A DNA stretch of 64,000 nt from Gemmatimonadota bacterium (GTDB lineage: Bacteria > Gemmatimonadota > Gemmatimonadetes > Palauibacterales > Palauibacteraceae). The stretch lies in NCBI GenBank assembly GCA_963666735.1, contig OY762926.1, positions 2,624,001 to 2,688,000 on the forward strand, given 5' to 3'. Below the pieces are notes generated by a model. That model did not search any database, had not been told where the DNA came from, and saw only the letters and a list, made by a program, of their open reading frames with translations. Positions 29,664 to 38,676 of this stretch are shown here, piece by piece; positions within the stretch are counted from its first letter, which is position 1; the number at the start of each line of letters is the position of its first letter. The position numbers were made by a program, and so were the translations under genes.

Positions 29664-30467
29664 TCAGAAGCGGCCCCGGGCGCGCTCACGAGCCGGGAGG
29701 ACCTCGAGGCAGGTGGTCCACCAACCCGTGAGGATCGTGTCCACGAACTCCTCCGGCAGCGCTTCGTCGCGCATCTCGCGTGCGAGGCGCTCATGATCGT
29801 AGTCCACGGGCACGAACTCGAGGGCCGGCGGCGCCCCGGAGGCGGCGCCGAAATCGATCAGCGCGTACCAGACCTCCGTCCTCCCGTCGTTCGCGGGCCG
29901 GCCCAGCACGCCGACGTTCGCGAACAGCCCGCCGCCGGACAGCGGGCGCTGCCACGGAATCCCGGTATGGGTCGCGAGCACGACATCCGCCTCGTACTCG
30001 CGGGCGATCCAGGCCAGGAACTGCGTCGAGGTGGCGGATTCCCAGAGGAATTCGTTCATGCGCCGGGGGCTGCCGTGGCACATGAGCACCCGCGTGCCGT
30101 TCACGTCCAGACGGATCTCGCCGGGGAGACGGCCCATCCAGCGGCGCCACCGCTCGTGCGTGTTCCGAAACGTGTAGCGGTACGAGAGGCGCGCGAAGTA
30201 GTTGTCGCGGGGATCGGTGTAGCCGCACTGGCAATCGTCGAGGCCGCGCGCGATCGAATCGTCATAGTTCCCGCGCAGGACGCGCACATCGTGGTCGACG
30301 AGGAGCGGAAAGACCCGGTCCGGATGGGGGCCGAACGCCCCCAGGTCGCCCAGGCAGTAGAGCGCCTCCGCTCCCCGCGCCGTCGCGTCCTCGATCGCGG
30401 CGGCGAGCGCCAGGTGATTGCTGTAGACACCGCCGAAGACGGCGATCCGGCGCGGTTCAGGAGACAT
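29664..30467 (-). CDS. Calcineurin-like metallophosphoesterase, variant motif I (GGVYSN) with CxCG insert
   Basis: CLGDLG, LRGNYD, CHGSP, THTG, NVG. Confidence 0.87.
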   Translation of the reverse strand: MSPEPRRIAVFGGVYSNHLALAAAIEDATARGAEALYCLGDLGAFGPHPDRVFPLLVDHDVRVLRGNYDDSIARGLDDCQCGYTDPRDNYFARLSYRYTFRNTHERWRRWMGRLPGEIRLDVNGTRVLMCHGSPRRMNEFLWESATSTQFLAWIAREYEADVVLATHTGIPWQRPLSGGGLFANVGVLGRPANDGRTEVWYALIDFGAASGAPPALEFVPVDYDHERLAREMRDEALPEEFVDTILTGWWTTCLEVLPARERARGRF

Positions 30468-31407
30468 CCTGCCCGATGCCCCCGTAGTTGGAGCAGATCG
30501 CGCCGTACAGCCAGCACGTGTAGCACGCGGACTCGTCGAGCCGCACCGGGCGGGAGGCCTCCTCCAGCGTCGAACCCATGCGGGCCGCCGGCGTCTCGAT
30601 GAGGATGGGGCAGGCGTAGATGCCGCGGTTCGTCACCACCCGGCTCGAAGCGCAGAGCAGTTGGTTCTCGTCGTACCCCTCCATCATCGCCTCCGTCACC
30701 CGCTCCTCGTCCGTGTACGGGCGCACGCGGTCCGCTTCGCGTCCGATGCGGAGGGAGGGGAGGATCTTGAGCCGCGGGTTCTCGTACCCGAGGGCCCGAA
30801 GCCGGGCGACGAACGCCTGTCGCACCTCCTCATCTTGTTCCGGTTCCCACACCTGCGTGGCGGTGATGATCGGGAGGAATCCCTCCTCGAGCAGCTTCCG
30901 AACGCCGTCCATGGCGCGGTCGAACGTGCCCTCGCCCCGGATGGGGTCGTTCGTCTCGGGCGACGGCCCATCGAGAGAAACGCGCATCTCGAGCGAGTAG
31001 CTCGCCGCGCGCGCGATCCGGGCGATGGGTTTCAGGGCTCGCGCGGGGAGCAGCGTCCCGTTCGTCAGCACGGAGACCGGTCCCCGCTCCAGGGTCCGCT
31101 CCAGCATGGCCGGGAGATCGGGGTGCATGAACGGCTCGCCGCCGGTGAAGTAGTACTCCTTGACGCCCCACGACTCCGAGCGCCGGAGCCAGTCCTCGAC
31201 CTCGGCGAGCGACAGGAACTCGAAGCTGCGGTTGTCCGGGGCGCAGCTGATGAAGCAGTGGACGCAGCGCAAGTTGCAGACCGTTCCCGTGACCTGGAAC
31301 CAGAGCGTATCCAGGTGGTCGAGCTGCACGAGAGGCGCCTCGCCGGCCGCCCCGGCGCCGTTCGGCGCGGGCGCCGCCGAGTGGATTCGCCGCGCCTGCC
31401 TCCTCAC
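30457..31407 (-). CDS. Radical SAM protein with Cys-rich C-terminal extension
   Basis: CNLRCVHC, FTGGEPF, LTNG, VSLDG; C-terminal CASSR..CPIL..CYTC.....C; GTGA-coupled to the HD gene. Confidence 0.92.
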   Translation of the reverse strand: MRRQARRIHSAAPAPNGAGAAGEAPLVQLDHLDTLWFQVTGTVCNLRCVHCFISCAPDNRSFEFLSLAEVEDWLRRSESWGVKEYYFTGGEPFMHPDLPAMLERTLERGPVSVLTNGTLLPARALKPIARIARAASYSLEMRVSLDGPSPETNDPIRGEGTFDRAMDGVRKLLEEGFLPIITATQVWEPEQDEEVRQAFVARLRALGYENPRLKILPSLRIGREADRVRPYTDEERVTEAMMEGYDENQLLCASSRVVTNRGIYACPILIETPAARMGSTLEEASRPVRLDESACYTCWLYGAICSNYGGIGQDVS

Positions 31408-32756
31408 GCCAGGACTGCCGTTCCCGAGTCCAGTTGTGCCTCCACTTCCTCTTCGGCGGCTTCGATCAGCGCCAGCACCGGCTTCGGATCGCGCGGCGCG
31501 GAAGGTTCGAAGGAGAAGATGCGCAGCACCCTGGCCGAGTGGTGCAGGGAACGTCCGAGCCGGGGGATGTCGATGAGGCCGCGCTCGCCCATCTCGGTCA
31601 GCCGGCGGACTTCGCCGTCGTTCCGCACGAGGAGCAGGTTGAGTTCGAGCATGCCCGGGTAGCTCGGGTAGTCGAGCATCACCGCTCCCTCGGACAGACC
31701 CCACTCGAGGGCCATGCGCCGCTCGAGCGCGGCGACGAGGTCCGCGCGACGCGACGGCCACGACGACAACGCGTTCGGAAGCTGGTCGCCCGTCAACTCC
31801 ACGAGCCGCTTCGGGAGGCGCCGGTCCACGAGCGCGCGCAGCAACTGGGCGGCGCGGCCGAACGTCGATGAGGGATCGTGCTCCCGGCCCGCCAACGATC
31901 GTTCTATCCGCCGGCCGATGAGCGAGAGCAGTTCCTCGTCGCTGGGACCCGCCAGGTCCTCCGAGGAGAGCAGACCGCTTTCGAGCGCCGTCTGGACGAG
32001 GCGCACGAAGGTCAGCGTCGCGGCGCGCACGGCGTGGTGCCAGTAGACGTTGCGGAACATCTGGTACTTCGAGAAGAGGAGCGTCTCCAGCGCGCTGAGT
32101 CCTTTCTCGCTGACCGCGAGTTCGAGCGGGCGTCCGGCCCCTTCGCGCGCGACCGTGAGGGCCGGAAGCAGCCGGTCCACGTCCACGGCCCCGTACGGCA
32201 CACCGCAGAAGAGGGAATCGCGCCGGAGGTAGTCGATCTTGTCGAGGTCCAGCGATCCCGAGATCAGCCCCTGCAACGGGTGGCCGGACTGTCCGCGAAT
32301 GAGGGCGCCGATGCGGGCGCCGGCATCCGAACCGTACCGCTCGAGGACCCGGCGGATGGGGTCCGCCGCCATGAAGCGCGCCGCGATCTCCTCGTGGTCT
32401 CCCGGGGTCGCTCCCGGATCGAGTTCCTCCACCGCGTGCGAGAATGCGTAATGCCCGACATCGTGCAGGAGCGCGCCGAGACGAACGACCGGCAGTTCGC
32501 CCATGTCCTCCGCGTCCAGCGCGTCGAGGTGTCCGTCGCGCTCGAGGCAGGAGATGGCCCGCGAAACGAGATGGTAGACCCCGAGGGCGTGCAGGAAGCG
32601 GTTGTGGACGCCGCCGGGATACACGAGGTGCGCGAAGCCGAGTTGCTTGACGCGCCGCAGTCGCTGGAACTGGGGCGTGTCGAGAATCTCCGCCGCGTCC
32701 TCGTCCAGGCGGACGTTCCCCCACAGGGGATCACGGATCGTGCGTATTCTGGCCAT
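31404..32756 (-). CDS. HD-domain phosphohydrolase (SAMHD1/dNTPase-like)
   Basis: IRDPLWG, FQRLRRVKQLG, HNRFLHALGV, LLHDVGH..FSH, DLDKIDYLRRDS, VYWHH. Confidence 0.92.
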   Translation of the reverse strand: MARIRTIRDPLWGNVRLDEDAAEILDTPQFQRLRRVKQLGFAHLVYPGGVHNRFLHALGVYHLVSRAISCLERDGHLDALDAEDMGELPVVRLGALLHDVGHYAFSHAVEELDPGATPGDHEEIAARFMAADPIRRVLERYGSDAGARIGALIRGQSGHPLQGLISGSLDLDKIDYLRRDSLFCGVPYGAVDVDRLLPALTVAREGAGRPLELAVSEKGLSALETLLFSKYQMFRNVYWHHAVRAATLTFVRLVQTALESGLLSSEDLAGPSDEELLSLIGRRIERSLAGREHDPSSTFGRAAQLLRALVDRRLPKRLVELTGDQLPNALSSWPSRRADLVAALERRMALEWGLSEGAVMLDYPSYPGMLELNLLLVRNDGEVRRLTEMGERGLIDIPRLGRSLHHSARVLRIFSFEPSAPRDPKPVLALIEAAEEEVEAQLDSGTAVLA

Positions 32757-32984
32757 GGGTGTCGCTGAACATGTTCGGCGGAGCCGTCAACGGGCAATCA
32801 ACGGCCGCCGCCGCATGCCACCTTAGGCCGCCCCAAGCCGCCGCATGCCGCCAGTTCGGGCGGGCGGCGGTGTTGCGGCGCGGACGGGGCCCTTGCGAGC
32901 TTGCCAGACCTTGGCTGTCGGGTTCCTCCGCCCCGGGCGCCCTCGAGGATCTCCGAGGCGGGAACATGCTGAACGGGAGGCGGC

Positions 32985-33368
32985 GTGGAGATCAAACGCG
33001 ACCGGATGGTCCACCTCGGATACGCGAAGTACTGGCGCTCCGACCAGATCGTGGGACTGCTCCCGATCGAGGAAGACCGGGGACCCGGCAGGCGGACGGA
33101 GGTCTTCGTCGCCAGCAGCCCCGAGCCCGTGACCGCGTCTCGATCCGAGGCTTCCATCCTCCGGGACATGGCGTCGCTCCCGGACGAAGCCCGGGTCGCC
33201 GAGGCCGGCTCCATCGCCGAGGACCTCGTGGGCGCGCTGCGCGACCTGTCGCCCGTACTCAAGCGGATGCTGAAGAACGAAGAGGGGTTCGACGTCGAGT
33301 ACTGGGCCGGCAGACTCCGCCGGGTCATGGAGTCGGATGATGACGGGCAGGAGGACCTCTTCGGCTGA
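32985..33368 (+). CDS. Hypothetical protein, possibly a distant RemA/DUF370-like fold
   Basis: GTG after GGGAGG; host-like codon usage; VHLGYAKYWRSDQIVGL...GRRTEV. Confidence 0.75.
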   Translation: MEIKRDRMVHLGYAKYWRSDQIVGLLPIEEDRGPGRRTEVFVASSPEPVTASRSEASILRDMASLPDEARVAEAGSIAEDLVGALRDLSPVLKRMLKNEEGFDVEYWAGRLRRVMESDDDGQEDLFG

Positions 33369-33511
33369 CGCGTCCGCACGGCAGAACCGATGCGGCGGTA
33401 TCAACGGGATGTTTAGATGATGCCGCTGGGAAAAGTTCAAGCTCAGGGCGACGGGGATGAGGCTCAGGCGACGCCCCGGGCCGACAGTTGCGTTCGACGC
33501 CACGGTTGAGG

Positions 33512-33578
33512 GTCTTGCGCAACCACGCCCATATGGCTAAAGGTTTCGGGAGATAGTCCCCTGACCCGGGAGGACCAA
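33512..33578 (+). promoter_or_regulatory. Conserved cassette promoter/leader, copy 1
   Basis: GTCTTGCG-N16-GCTA-N15-AGTCCCCT-N4-CGGGAGG-N5-ATG; same motif spacing as 47559-47631. Confidence 0.6.
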
Positions 33579-33818
33579 ATGTTGCGCCTCAAGTCGTTCC
33601 TTCGCCCGCCTCTGTACCTCTTGCTCCTCGTGCTCGCGCTTCCGGTTACCGTGCGGGAAGTTACCGCCGCGAACCTGCTGGACTGTGAATCCCAGTGCTC
33701 GCACATGAGCGCGATAGTGTATCGGGAAGCGCTGGACGACGGCCACACTCCTACAGGTGCCAGAGCCATAGCCCGGCGTGCGTACAACAGGTGTATGAAA
33801 AACTGCGGCCCCGAATGA
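33579..33818 (+). CDS. Small secreted Cys-rich peptide (CxxxC-x31-CxxxC)
   Basis: Strong RBS GGGAGG, signal peptide, ATGA overlap with the downstream propeller gene. Confidence 0.75.
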   Translation: MLRLKSFLRPPLYLLLLVLALPVTVREVTAANLLDCESQCSHMSAIVYREALDDGHTPTGARAIARRAYNRCMKNCGPE

Positions 33819-34912
33819 GATACTGCGGCCGCTTCGTGACAGGCCGGAGCCCGGCGCTTATCGTCCTGCTCACCACTGCCTGTGGTGGGCCGGGCGATTT
33901 GCCCGCCCCCCAGTACGTCGAGCCCATCGCTTCCACGGAGGTCCCGGCGAGTCTATCCCGGTCACTTGTTCTGCTTGAAGGCGGTATCGCCTGTGTAACA
34001 GAGACGTACTGGCACCGCATCGTCTGTACGCATCCCCGTGGCGAATCGCTTGCGTTCGGCACGAAGGGTGAGGGTCCGGGCGAACTCCTTTTCCCCGAGG
34101 TCGTGTTACGGGCACAAGACGGGATGATCGGTGTGCTGGACACCGAACTGCACCGCCTGTCTCTGTTCACGGAAGCGGGCGAGTTCGTGAAGGCCACATC
34201 AGATTTTCCTTTGGGGTTCCGTGGATACGAGCGGAAGGTGGTAGGGGAGACGTTAGTCGGCTCCTATCGCGATCAATCGCGGAATCTGATGTTCGCGGAG
34301 ATTGAGTTAGCGACGGGTCGTGTCCTTCGGGAGCGGATTTTTCCCCTCGAGAACGATGTTGTCGACTGCTCGACGCAAAGTGCGACAAATAGGCGGCTTA
34401 GCGCTGGATACTCAGGATCCGACCGAAGCCTCCTGTTCGTAGCGTGCCACGGTGAGTTTCTGGTGTGGTACGCCGACCGTAAGGATGCGGAACCGGCGGC
34501 CATCGTCCGATCAACCTACGTTGAGCGGTATCCGTCCGACCGTGAAGTGGCCTCGGTTGTACGTACGCTGCAAACGGAGCCCTGGATTGCCACTAGCGAA
34601 GAAGAGGTAAGGGCAACACCCAAGGTTTGGTACGGGCCGAGGGTCGTGGATGACAGGGGACGGTTCTGGGCGGTGTCGCGCTGGGAGTATCTTGAAGACG
34701 TGATTCCGCGTACGAGCTACATCGATTTGTTCGACCTTACGAGCGAGGGTCCACGGTACGCGCTCACGCTGGAGTTGCAGGACAAGGTGATCGGGATGGA
34801 TGTCCTCGACGATACGCTTGCCGTCCTCGTTGAGCGTGATGCTGGCAACGTGCAAGCGGAGCGGCGCGTGGACTGGTACGATATTTTGACCGTGGGTGAT
34901 CTCAAGTTTTAG
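33815..34912 (+). CDS. Six-bladed beta-propeller (NHL/TolB-like) lipoprotein
   Basis: Lipobox LTTAC, FGTKGEGPGEL, VVDDRGRFWAV, terminal VDWYDI. Confidence 0.82.
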   Translation: MRYCGRFVTGRSPALIVLLTTACGGPGDLPAPQYVEPIASTEVPASLSRSLVLLEGGIACVTETYWHRIVCTHPRGESLAFGTKGEGPGELLFPEVVLRAQDGMIGVLDTELHRLSLFTEAGEFVKATSDFPLGFRGYERKVVGETLVGSYRDQSRNLMFAEIELATGRVLRERIFPLENDVVDCSTQSATNRRLSAGYSGSDRSLLFVACHGEFLVWYADRKDAEPAAIVRSTYVERYPSDREVASVVRTLQTEPWIATSEEEVRATPKVWYGPRVVDDRGRFWAVSRWEYLEDVIPRTSYIDLFDLTSEGPRYALTLELQDKVIGMDVLDDTLAVLVERDAGNVQAERRVDWYDILTVGDLKF

Positions 34913-34988
34913 CCGAGGATCGCGCGTGCGCGCGGACGTCGGCTACGAGTCGCCCGTGAGCGTCGAGCGGGTGAGACGGAAAGGCGGC

Positions 34989-37202
34989 GTGATTCTCCCA
35001 GGGCGAAATCTACGCCGCCACACTTTCGGTGCGGGGTGCGCTTCCGACCCCCCGGGGCTGGCCCGGGGAGAGAACGCCACGACTCGCGACCGGCCGCGAA
35101 GACGGAGTAAGTCTACCGCAAGGGCGGCGGTCGCTGCGGCGCTGTCTATGCCGATCGCCCTTGGAGGCCAGGAAATCCCCGCAGCGTCGGCCGCGGCTCC
35201 GCAGGCCGGGGTCTCCGATGGTTGGAACTCCGAGGCGGCCCTTCTCCTCATCGAGCGCGCGATCGAGGCGCGGCGGCACGCCTGGGCCGACAGTTCCCTG
35301 CAACGATTACGGGCCGACGTGCAGGGGCATGTCTACTACCTGGGCGACATCCTCGGGGAACGGCACGTCATCCGGGCGGACCAGCTCGCGCTGGATGTCC
35401 GCTGGCAGAACCCGGACCGGACGATGCAGACGATCGTCGGGCGCCGGCACGAACGCCGGCTGCCGACGACCATCCATTATCACCTCGACCACCTCTTTCT
35501 CGTCCTCGACAACTTCGGGGATCGGATCCGGCTCGGAGACGGCCTCGAGATCCGCAACGTGCTCCATCCCGCGGGGGCGGGCGCGCGTACGTTCTACGAA
35601 TACCGGCTCGCGGACTCGCTCGAGATCCGGCTCCGCGACCGAACCGCCCGGGTCTTCGAGTTGGAGGTCCGCCCGCAGGAAGCGACGGCCGCGGGCGCGG
35701 TGGGGTCGCTCTTCGTCGAACGGGAGACGGGGGCCATCGCGCGCATGCGGCTCACGTTCACCCGTGCCGCCTATCGCGATCCGCAGATCGTGCGGCTCGT
35801 CGTCGACCTGCGCTCGGCGCTGTGGGAAGGCCGTTACTGGCTGCCCGACGAGCAGGAGGTCGAGATCGCGCGATCGCTTCCGTGGTTCGACTTTCCGCTC
35901 GAGACGCTGATCCGGACCCGCCTCCGCGTCCTCGACTACGAATTCGACGAGGAGGCGCTCTTCAGCCTGGGCGCCGGCCAGCTCATCTACAGCTATCGCG
36001 AGGAGGAACTGGCCCGCTTCGATGCATGGGAAGACCCGCTCTACGGGGGGCCCCTCGAGGAGGGAGGCGCCGACGGCGATCCGGAGGCGGCGGTCGCGAA
36101 GGCCCGCGAGCTTCTGCGGCGGCAGACGCTGCTCGGCGGCCGACGCTGGCAACTCGCGCTTCCGAACGCGTCGGGGGGAATCCGCGCGCGGCGTTCCGAG
36201 GGCCTGTTCATCGGGGCCGGCGGCGCCTACCGGCCGGACGATCTCACGCGGGTGTCGTTCGGGGGCGGCCACGCGGTCGGGGCGGCGCGGCCCCAGGCGA
36301 GCCTCGGAGTTCGGCGCCGGCTGGGAGGGGTCGACATCGAGATCGACGGGTGGCTCAGGACTCATCGCGACGCGGGACCGACCGCGGGCGCGGGGGTGCT
36401 GCGCACGCTCGCGCTCCTCGCCGAGGGAGAGGACTACGAGGACCCGTACCTCGCCACCGGCGGACGGATCGGGATCGCGCGCCGCGGCGGCCCCGTGCGC
36501 TGGCGCGTGGGCGCGTCCTTCGAGAGCCACGAGCGGGCGGATCTCGTCGTCGGGACCGAACTGTTCGGCGACCGGCCGCTTCGCCCCGTGCGTCCCGTCG
36601 ACGAGGGGGAACTCGCACGGCTCGATGCGGGCGTGACGGTGGACCTCGCGAGCGGCCCGGGCGCGCGCTGGGGGCTGGAACTCGCGGGCGAAGCGGCGGC
36701 GAGCGGCGTCGGGAACTTCGGCTACACGCGCGCCACCGTCGCGCTGCGGGCCGCCCGCGGCGGCTCGGACGGCGCGTGGGACTGGGCGAGTGGCGTGGAA
36801 TTCGGTCTCGCCGGCGGGGAGTTGCCGGCCCAGCGGCTCTTTCTGCTCGGCGGACGCGGTTCGCTGCCCGGCTACGAGTTCCGCGGCTGGGGCGGGGACC
36901 GCATGGCGCTGTGGCGCGCCGAGGTGTCCCGCGCCATCGCCTCCCCCTGGGTGCGGTTGCGCGCCGTCGGCGCCATCGGCTGGGCCGGACTCGGGAGCCC
37001 GGGGGAGGACGCCGCCCGCCGCTTCGGCGTGAGCGGAACCGAGGGGCTGCGCGCCTCGGCCGGAGTGGGCCTGGGCCTCTTCTACGACATCCTACGCCTC
37101 GACGTCATGCGCGGCCTGCGCGGCGGTCCGGCACCCGACGGGAGCGAAGGGAACTGGGTCGTCCTCCTCTCCGTGGACCCCCGATTCCTCAGGATCCTGT
37201 GA
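34989..37202 (+). CDS. Outer-membrane beta-barrel protein with N-terminal periplasmic domain (start uncertain)
   Basis: Signal-like AAVAAALSMPIALGG-Q; C-terminal LGGRGSLPGYEFR, GVGLGLFYDILRLDV amphipathic strands. Confidence 0.75.
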   Translation: MILPGRNLRRHTFGAGCASDPPGLARGENATTRDRPRRRSKSTARAAVAAALSMPIALGGQEIPAASAAAPQAGVSDGWNSEAALLLIERAIEARRHAWADSSLQRLRADVQGHVYYLGDILGERHVIRADQLALDVRWQNPDRTMQTIVGRRHERRLPTTIHYHLDHLFLVLDNFGDRIRLGDGLEIRNVLHPAGAGARTFYEYRLADSLEIRLRDRTARVFELEVRPQEATAAGAVGSLFVERETGAIARMRLTFTRAAYRDPQIVRLVVDLRSALWEGRYWLPDEQEVEIARSLPWFDFPLETLIRTRLRVLDYEFDEEALFSLGAGQLIYSYREEELARFDAWEDPLYGGPLEEGGADGDPEAAVAKARELLRRQTLLGGRRWQLALPNASGGIRARRSEGLFIGAGGAYRPDDLTRVSFGGGHAVGAARPQASLGVRRRLGGVDIEIDGWLRTHRDAGPTAGAGVLRTLALLAEGEDYEDPYLATGGRIGIARRGGPVRWRVGASFESHERADLVVGTELFGDRPLRPVRPVDEGELARLDAGVTVDLASGPGARWGLELAGEAAASGVGNFGYTRATVALRAARGGSDGAWDWASGVEFGLAGGELPAQRLFLLGGRGSLPGYEFRGWGGDRMALWRAEVSRAIASPWVRLRAVGAIGWAGLGSPGEDAARRFGVSGTEGLRASAGVGLGLFYDILRLDVMRGLRGGPAPDGSEGNWVVLLSVDPRFLRIL

Positions 37203-37232
37203 CGCCCCCACTGGTGCAGGAGCGTAGCCTCA

Positions 37233-37509
37233 TTGGCGATCCCGCAGCGGACGACCGAGTGTCGTACCGGAGCGGCCCGCCTAACCGCCGCCGAGCGCGT
37301 CGCGCTGACGGATGTGCTCACGAACGCTATCTTAGGCGGCGATGGCGACGGGGGCGGTCCTGGCGCGGAATCTTGCTCTGTAAACTGCAAGTTCGCGCAT
37401 GATGATTGCTCGGTTACCTGCCAGGATGGGTATTATGCTTGCTGCGACCACAAGTTTCTGGTTCGGTACCAGCTGTGGCTGCGAAGAGCAGACTCCGACC
37501 ATAATGTGA
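37233..37509 (+). pseudogene. Frameshifted Cys-rich peptide with a double-glycine-like leader
   Basis: Removing one T from TTT 37455-37457 gives ...ILGG-DGDGGGPGAESCSVNCKFAHDDCSVTCQDGYYACCDHKFWFGTSCGCEEQTPTIM*, ending just before the propeller ATG at 37519. Confidence 0.6.
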
Positions 37510-37518
37510 GCGGTCCCG

Positions 37519-38676
37519 ATGATTATATCACCTATGAGGATACGGCGTTGGCTATGCGGTTGCGGCGCGCTCGGCGCGATGTGGAGCGGCAGTGCCGCAG
37601 ATCCCGCAAGCGCGCTCCAAGCGGAGTGGCATTTGGCGGTCGCGCCGGTCTCGGAGTTTGGCCTTCGGGAAGGGCTGCCGCTGCACCGTGTCACCGGCGC
37701 GGTGGTTCTAGCGGATGGCCGCCTTGTTATCGCCGACGCCGGGAACCACCGTTTGCTGCATGTCTCGGCACAGGGTGAGTTGGTTCGTACGCTCGGACGC
37801 AAAGGCGGCGGACCTGGTGAATTCGAGTCGATCACCGCTCTGTTCGCGACGGACACGACCGTGTTGGCTTACGACGCTATGCAGTCGCGCGTAACCGTGT
37901 GGAACCTCGACGGGAACCCCACAGTATATCGATTGCCGGCGCCGCAGCAGCGACCCACGGCACTTGCCGCCATAGCTTCCGCTTCGGAATGGATATTGAC
38001 CGGCAATGAACCCCTTGAGACCACGAGTAGGGGATTGGTGACGCAGGAGGCATCGATCCTAACGTACGATCCGGTGGAGGATCGGTCCGTGAGGGTGGAT
38101 CGCCGACCGGTGAGATACGGATACGTCAGGTGGAGCGGGGACCGCTATTCACAGGGGTCTACACAGTTCCGGATGGGCTTCCTGGGATCGGCTCACATCG
38201 CGGGGAAGGCCGGCAGATGGTTTTTCGTTCCTATCGACAGCGCGGTTGTGGAGATCCGCGATGCAACGGAAGAGGCGGACCCCACAAAGATGCACCTGCC
38301 CATGGAGAGCGGGCCCTACTCGGTGCGGAAACTGAGGGAAGCGCGAGACGGTCTCATCTCCATCTCTTCAAGTTCGCACGCGAACCGGCTCAGGCAAGTG
38401 TATGACGATGTGGAGAGGAACCTGCCGCCGCGGACGCCGCCCGCTCGGCGAGTGCTAATGCTTGGCGAGAGTCTGTGGGTTGAGCGGTTTGAGTCCCGTA
38501 CGGACGGCAGTTCTGTTTGGCTGGTGGTCGATCCGAGTGAGCGCAAGGTCTTGGCTACGGCAGTCATCGCGCCGGGAATCACTTTGCTCGGCGGGAACGG
38601 GAGCGTGGCGGTCGTACTCACGCGGACGGAGCTGGGGGAAGAGGTAGTGAGTGTTCGGTCGATCCTACGCCCCTGA
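37519..38676 (+). CDS. Secreted six-bladed beta-propeller protein
   Basis: DGRLVIADAGNHRLL, LGRKGGGPGEF, LWVE, ELGEEVVSV. Confidence 0.82.
   Translation: MIISPMRIRRWLCGCGALGAMWSGSAADPASALQAEWHLAVAPVSEFGLREGLPLHRVTGAVVLADGRLVIADAGNHRLLHVSAQGELVRTLGRKGGGPGEFESITALFATDTTVLAYDAMQSRVTVWNLDGNPTVYRLPAPQQRPTALAAIASASEWILTGNEPLETTSRGLVTQEASILTYDPVEDRSVRVDRRPVRYGYVRWSGDRYSQGSTQFRMGFLGSAHIAGKAGRWFFVPIDSAVVEIRDATEEADPTKMHLPMESGPYSVRKLREARDGLISISSSSHANRLRQVYDDVERNLPPRTPPARRVLMLGESLWVERFESRTDGSSVWLVVDPSERKVLATAVIAPGITLLGGNGSVAVVLTRTELGEEVVSVRSILRP

Noticed and set aside
30457..31407. Prokaryotic viperin-type antiviral assignment for the radical SAM next to an HD nucleotidase
   Set aside because: The sequence around the CxxxCxxC motif and the C-terminal Cys cluster do not resemble viperins.
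34913..34988. Possible duplicated 3' end or TIM-barrel gene fragment (ADVGYESPVSVE) after cassette 1
   Set aside because: Only a GACGTCG..TAC match to the upstream gene; too short to distinguish from chance.
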